This document shows, piece by piece, positions 62,410 to 64,000 of a DNA stretch of 64,000 bases. Position 1 is the first letter of the stretch; the number at the start of each line of letters is the position of its first letter. The notes beneath the pieces are model-generated. The model ran no database searches. It was not told the origin of the DNA and was given only the letters and a program-made list of their open reading frames with translations. The stretch comes from a virus. Its lineage: Duplodnaviria; Caudoviricetes. The position numbers were made by a program, and so were the translations under genes. The DNA lies in the IMG/VR virus record IMGVR_UViG_2657245709_000001, positions 10,096 through 74,095 of that record; one strand, given 5' to 3'.

Positions 62410-63395
62410 TCCTCACCGCCAGCGGGCGCGGCCGGCTGCTCGGCGGCCGGTGCCGTCCGGGCCGCGTCGACGGGGGTCAGGTGGCCGTGCGCCACCACGA
62501 TCGAGGTCAGGGGGTACAGCGCGCTGGCGCCGCCGCGCACCGTGAGGAGGGGCATGCCGTTCTCCTGGCGCTGGCCGAGGTAGAGCCAGGTGATGCCGCG
62601 GCTGTCGAGCTGTCCTCGGGAGAGGTCGTACATCCGGCCCCAGAGGAAGTACGGTTCGCCAGCGGCCAGTTCGGCGTCCCGCAGCAGGCGTGGGACGTCG
62701 TGCGCGACGAGCCGGGTCTCCACGCCGTCGATCGAGCCGAGAGCCATCTGGGCGTACCCGGCGGTCCAGGTCCGCAGTTCGAGCGGTGCCCCGATCGCCG
62801 TCAGCCAGTACGTCCAGTCGTCCAGCGAGGCGGCCCTGATGGCGACTCCGACGCGCTCGCGGTCCGGACTGATCTCCGTTACTCCGGCCTGCTCGCCGTG
62901 CTGCTCTCGGAGGCGGCTGGCCAGGGTGACCGCGCGCGCCTGCGCGGCCGTCCAGGCGGCGGGCCGGTCCACCGGCGTCGCTGCGACCGGGGTGATCGGG
63001 ACGGCGGTGAAGGGCGGGCGGGGGCGGCCGATCTGGACGACCCGTGCGCCGCGGACCGGCGATGTGTCCGGCGAGGGGCTGGGGAACGCGTGCTGCGACT
63101 CGGGCTCGCCGTCGTCGCAGAGCAGCCTCTTGCGCTGTAGCGCGGTGACGACTCGGACGGCCGCATCGCGGGGGTAGCCGCAGTCGTCGATGATCGTGTC
63201 GACTGCGAGCTGGAACGTCGGGGGCAGGTTCTTCCGTGCCTCGACGTGGGTGCGCAGTTGCTCGAGGGCGATGGCGCCGCCGGGGCCGACGATTCGGCCC
63301 TGGGCCTCAAGGTCGGCGACGAAAGCGGCGGCCAAGGCGCCCAGGCGCTCGCGGAGTTCCTGCTCGATCAGGGCAGAGGAGGGAATGTTCGTCAC
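62406..63395 (-). CDS. Streptomyces phage-type hypothetical protein with C-terminal 'D..G..W...G.PL...HG.L' module
   Basis: GGAGG RBS; motif resembles conserved Streptomyces prophage proteins. Confidence 0.65.
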   Translation of the reverse strand: MTNIPSSALIEQELRERLGALAAAFVADLEAQGRIVGPGGAIALEQLRTHVEARKNLPPTFQLAVDTIIDDCGYPRDAAVRVVTALQRKRLLCDDGEPESQHAFPSPSPDTSPVRGARVVQIGRPRPPFTAVPITPVAATPVDRPAAWTAAQARAVTLASRLREQHGEQAGVTEISPDRERVGVAIRAASLDDWTYWLTAIGAPLELRTWTAGYAQMALGSIDGVETRLVAHDVPRLLRDAELAAGEPYFLWGRMYDLSRGQLDSRGITWLYLGQRQENGMPLLTVRGGASALYPLTSIVVAHGHLTPVDAARTAPAAEQPAAPAGGEE

Positions 63396-64000
63396 GCCGC
63401 CTCCAAGTACGCGTTGCGGAGCTGGTGGTTGTGCTGGAGGGTGCGCAGCGCCCGGTACACGCAGGTCTTCACGGCACCCGGGGTCATCCCCAGCAGGGAT
63501 GCGGTCTCACCGACCGACATCTCGTTGAGGTAGCGGCAGATGAGCACCTGCCGCTGGGTCTGCGTGAGGTGGGTCAGCGCAGTCCGCAAGGCCGTCGACG
63601 TCTCGGCGGCCATGAGCCCGTGGTCGAGCGGCGGGGTGTCGGCCCAGAGCGAATCCAGGTCCCGCATGTCGGCGACGAACCGGAGCTTCTGGGTGGGCCA
63701 GGCCTTGAAGTGGTCGGCGATGATCCTTCGGGCGATCGTGTAGAACCAGGACAGGATCGACTTGCCGGTCCACGTGAAGGTGTGCAGGCGCCGGAGTCCT
63801 CGCACGAACGTCTCGGCGGTGATGTCCCCGGCCCTCTGCCAGTTCTCACCGAGCAGGCGCTTGGCGAAGGCGGTGACCGCAGCGTGGTGCATCCGGTACA
63901 GCTCGCCGTACGCGTCCGCGTCGCCTTGCTGCGCCCGGGCGACAAGGGCCGGTTCTCTCGTGTCGTCGCACGGTGGCGCGACGTTAGCCTCAGTGATCAA
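63392..64000 (-). CDS. ECF RNA polymerase sigma factor, BldN-like (start at or beyond the window edge)
   Basis: 'LVARAQQGDADAYGELY', 'ETFVRGLRRLHTFTWTG', 'IARRIIADHFK', region 4 'MSVGETASLLG....AVKT..YRALRTL'. Confidence 0.9.
   Translation of the reverse strand: MITEANVAPPCDDTREPALVARAQQGDADAYGELYRMHHAAVTAFAKRLLGENWQRAGDITAETFVRGLRRLHTFTWTGKSILSWFYTIARRIIADHFKAWPTQKLRFVADMRDLDSLWADTPPLDHGLMAAETSTALRTALTHLTQTQRQVLICRYLNEMSVGETASLLGMTPGAVKTCVYRALRTLQHNHQLRNAYLEAA

Noticed and set aside
1-64000. Integrase, att sites, endolysin/holin, tRNA genes, reverse transcriptase/DGR
   Set aside because: No supporting motifs or repeat pairs recognised. The element extends past both window edges, so prophage versus free phage versus plasmid-phage cannot be decided.

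Overview
A high-GC actinobacterial segment, most likely a Streptomyces-type temperate siphophage or prophage; nearly all genes are on the minus strand. Read from the right end leftwards it has four parts. (1) Early/regulatory block: BldN-like ECF sigma factor, WhiB-family regulator, HTH/zinc-finger replication-type protein, DEDDh exonuclease and many small hypotheticals (~46-64 kb). (2) Accessory block (~28-46 kb): an APH-type kinase coupled to a 25-aa Cys/His peptide; a nucleotide-sugar dehydrogenase + 52-aa LAXTG micropeptide + hyaluronan-synthase-like GT2 operon; an Spd/TraB-like 'spread' module with 8-bp repeats; and an orphan beta-class DNA methyltransferase. (3) A late-control region with a strongly structured leader (~26.6-28.3 kb). 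(4) Virion module: putative fibre/decoration genes, terminase, portal-MuF fusion, protease/scaffold, capsid, neck, tail tube, frameshifted tail chaperones, tape measure, and a large tail protein running off the left end. No integrase, lysis cassette, tRNA, rRNA or CRISPR array was seen. All family assignments come from motif recognition and synteny by eye; no database search was run.
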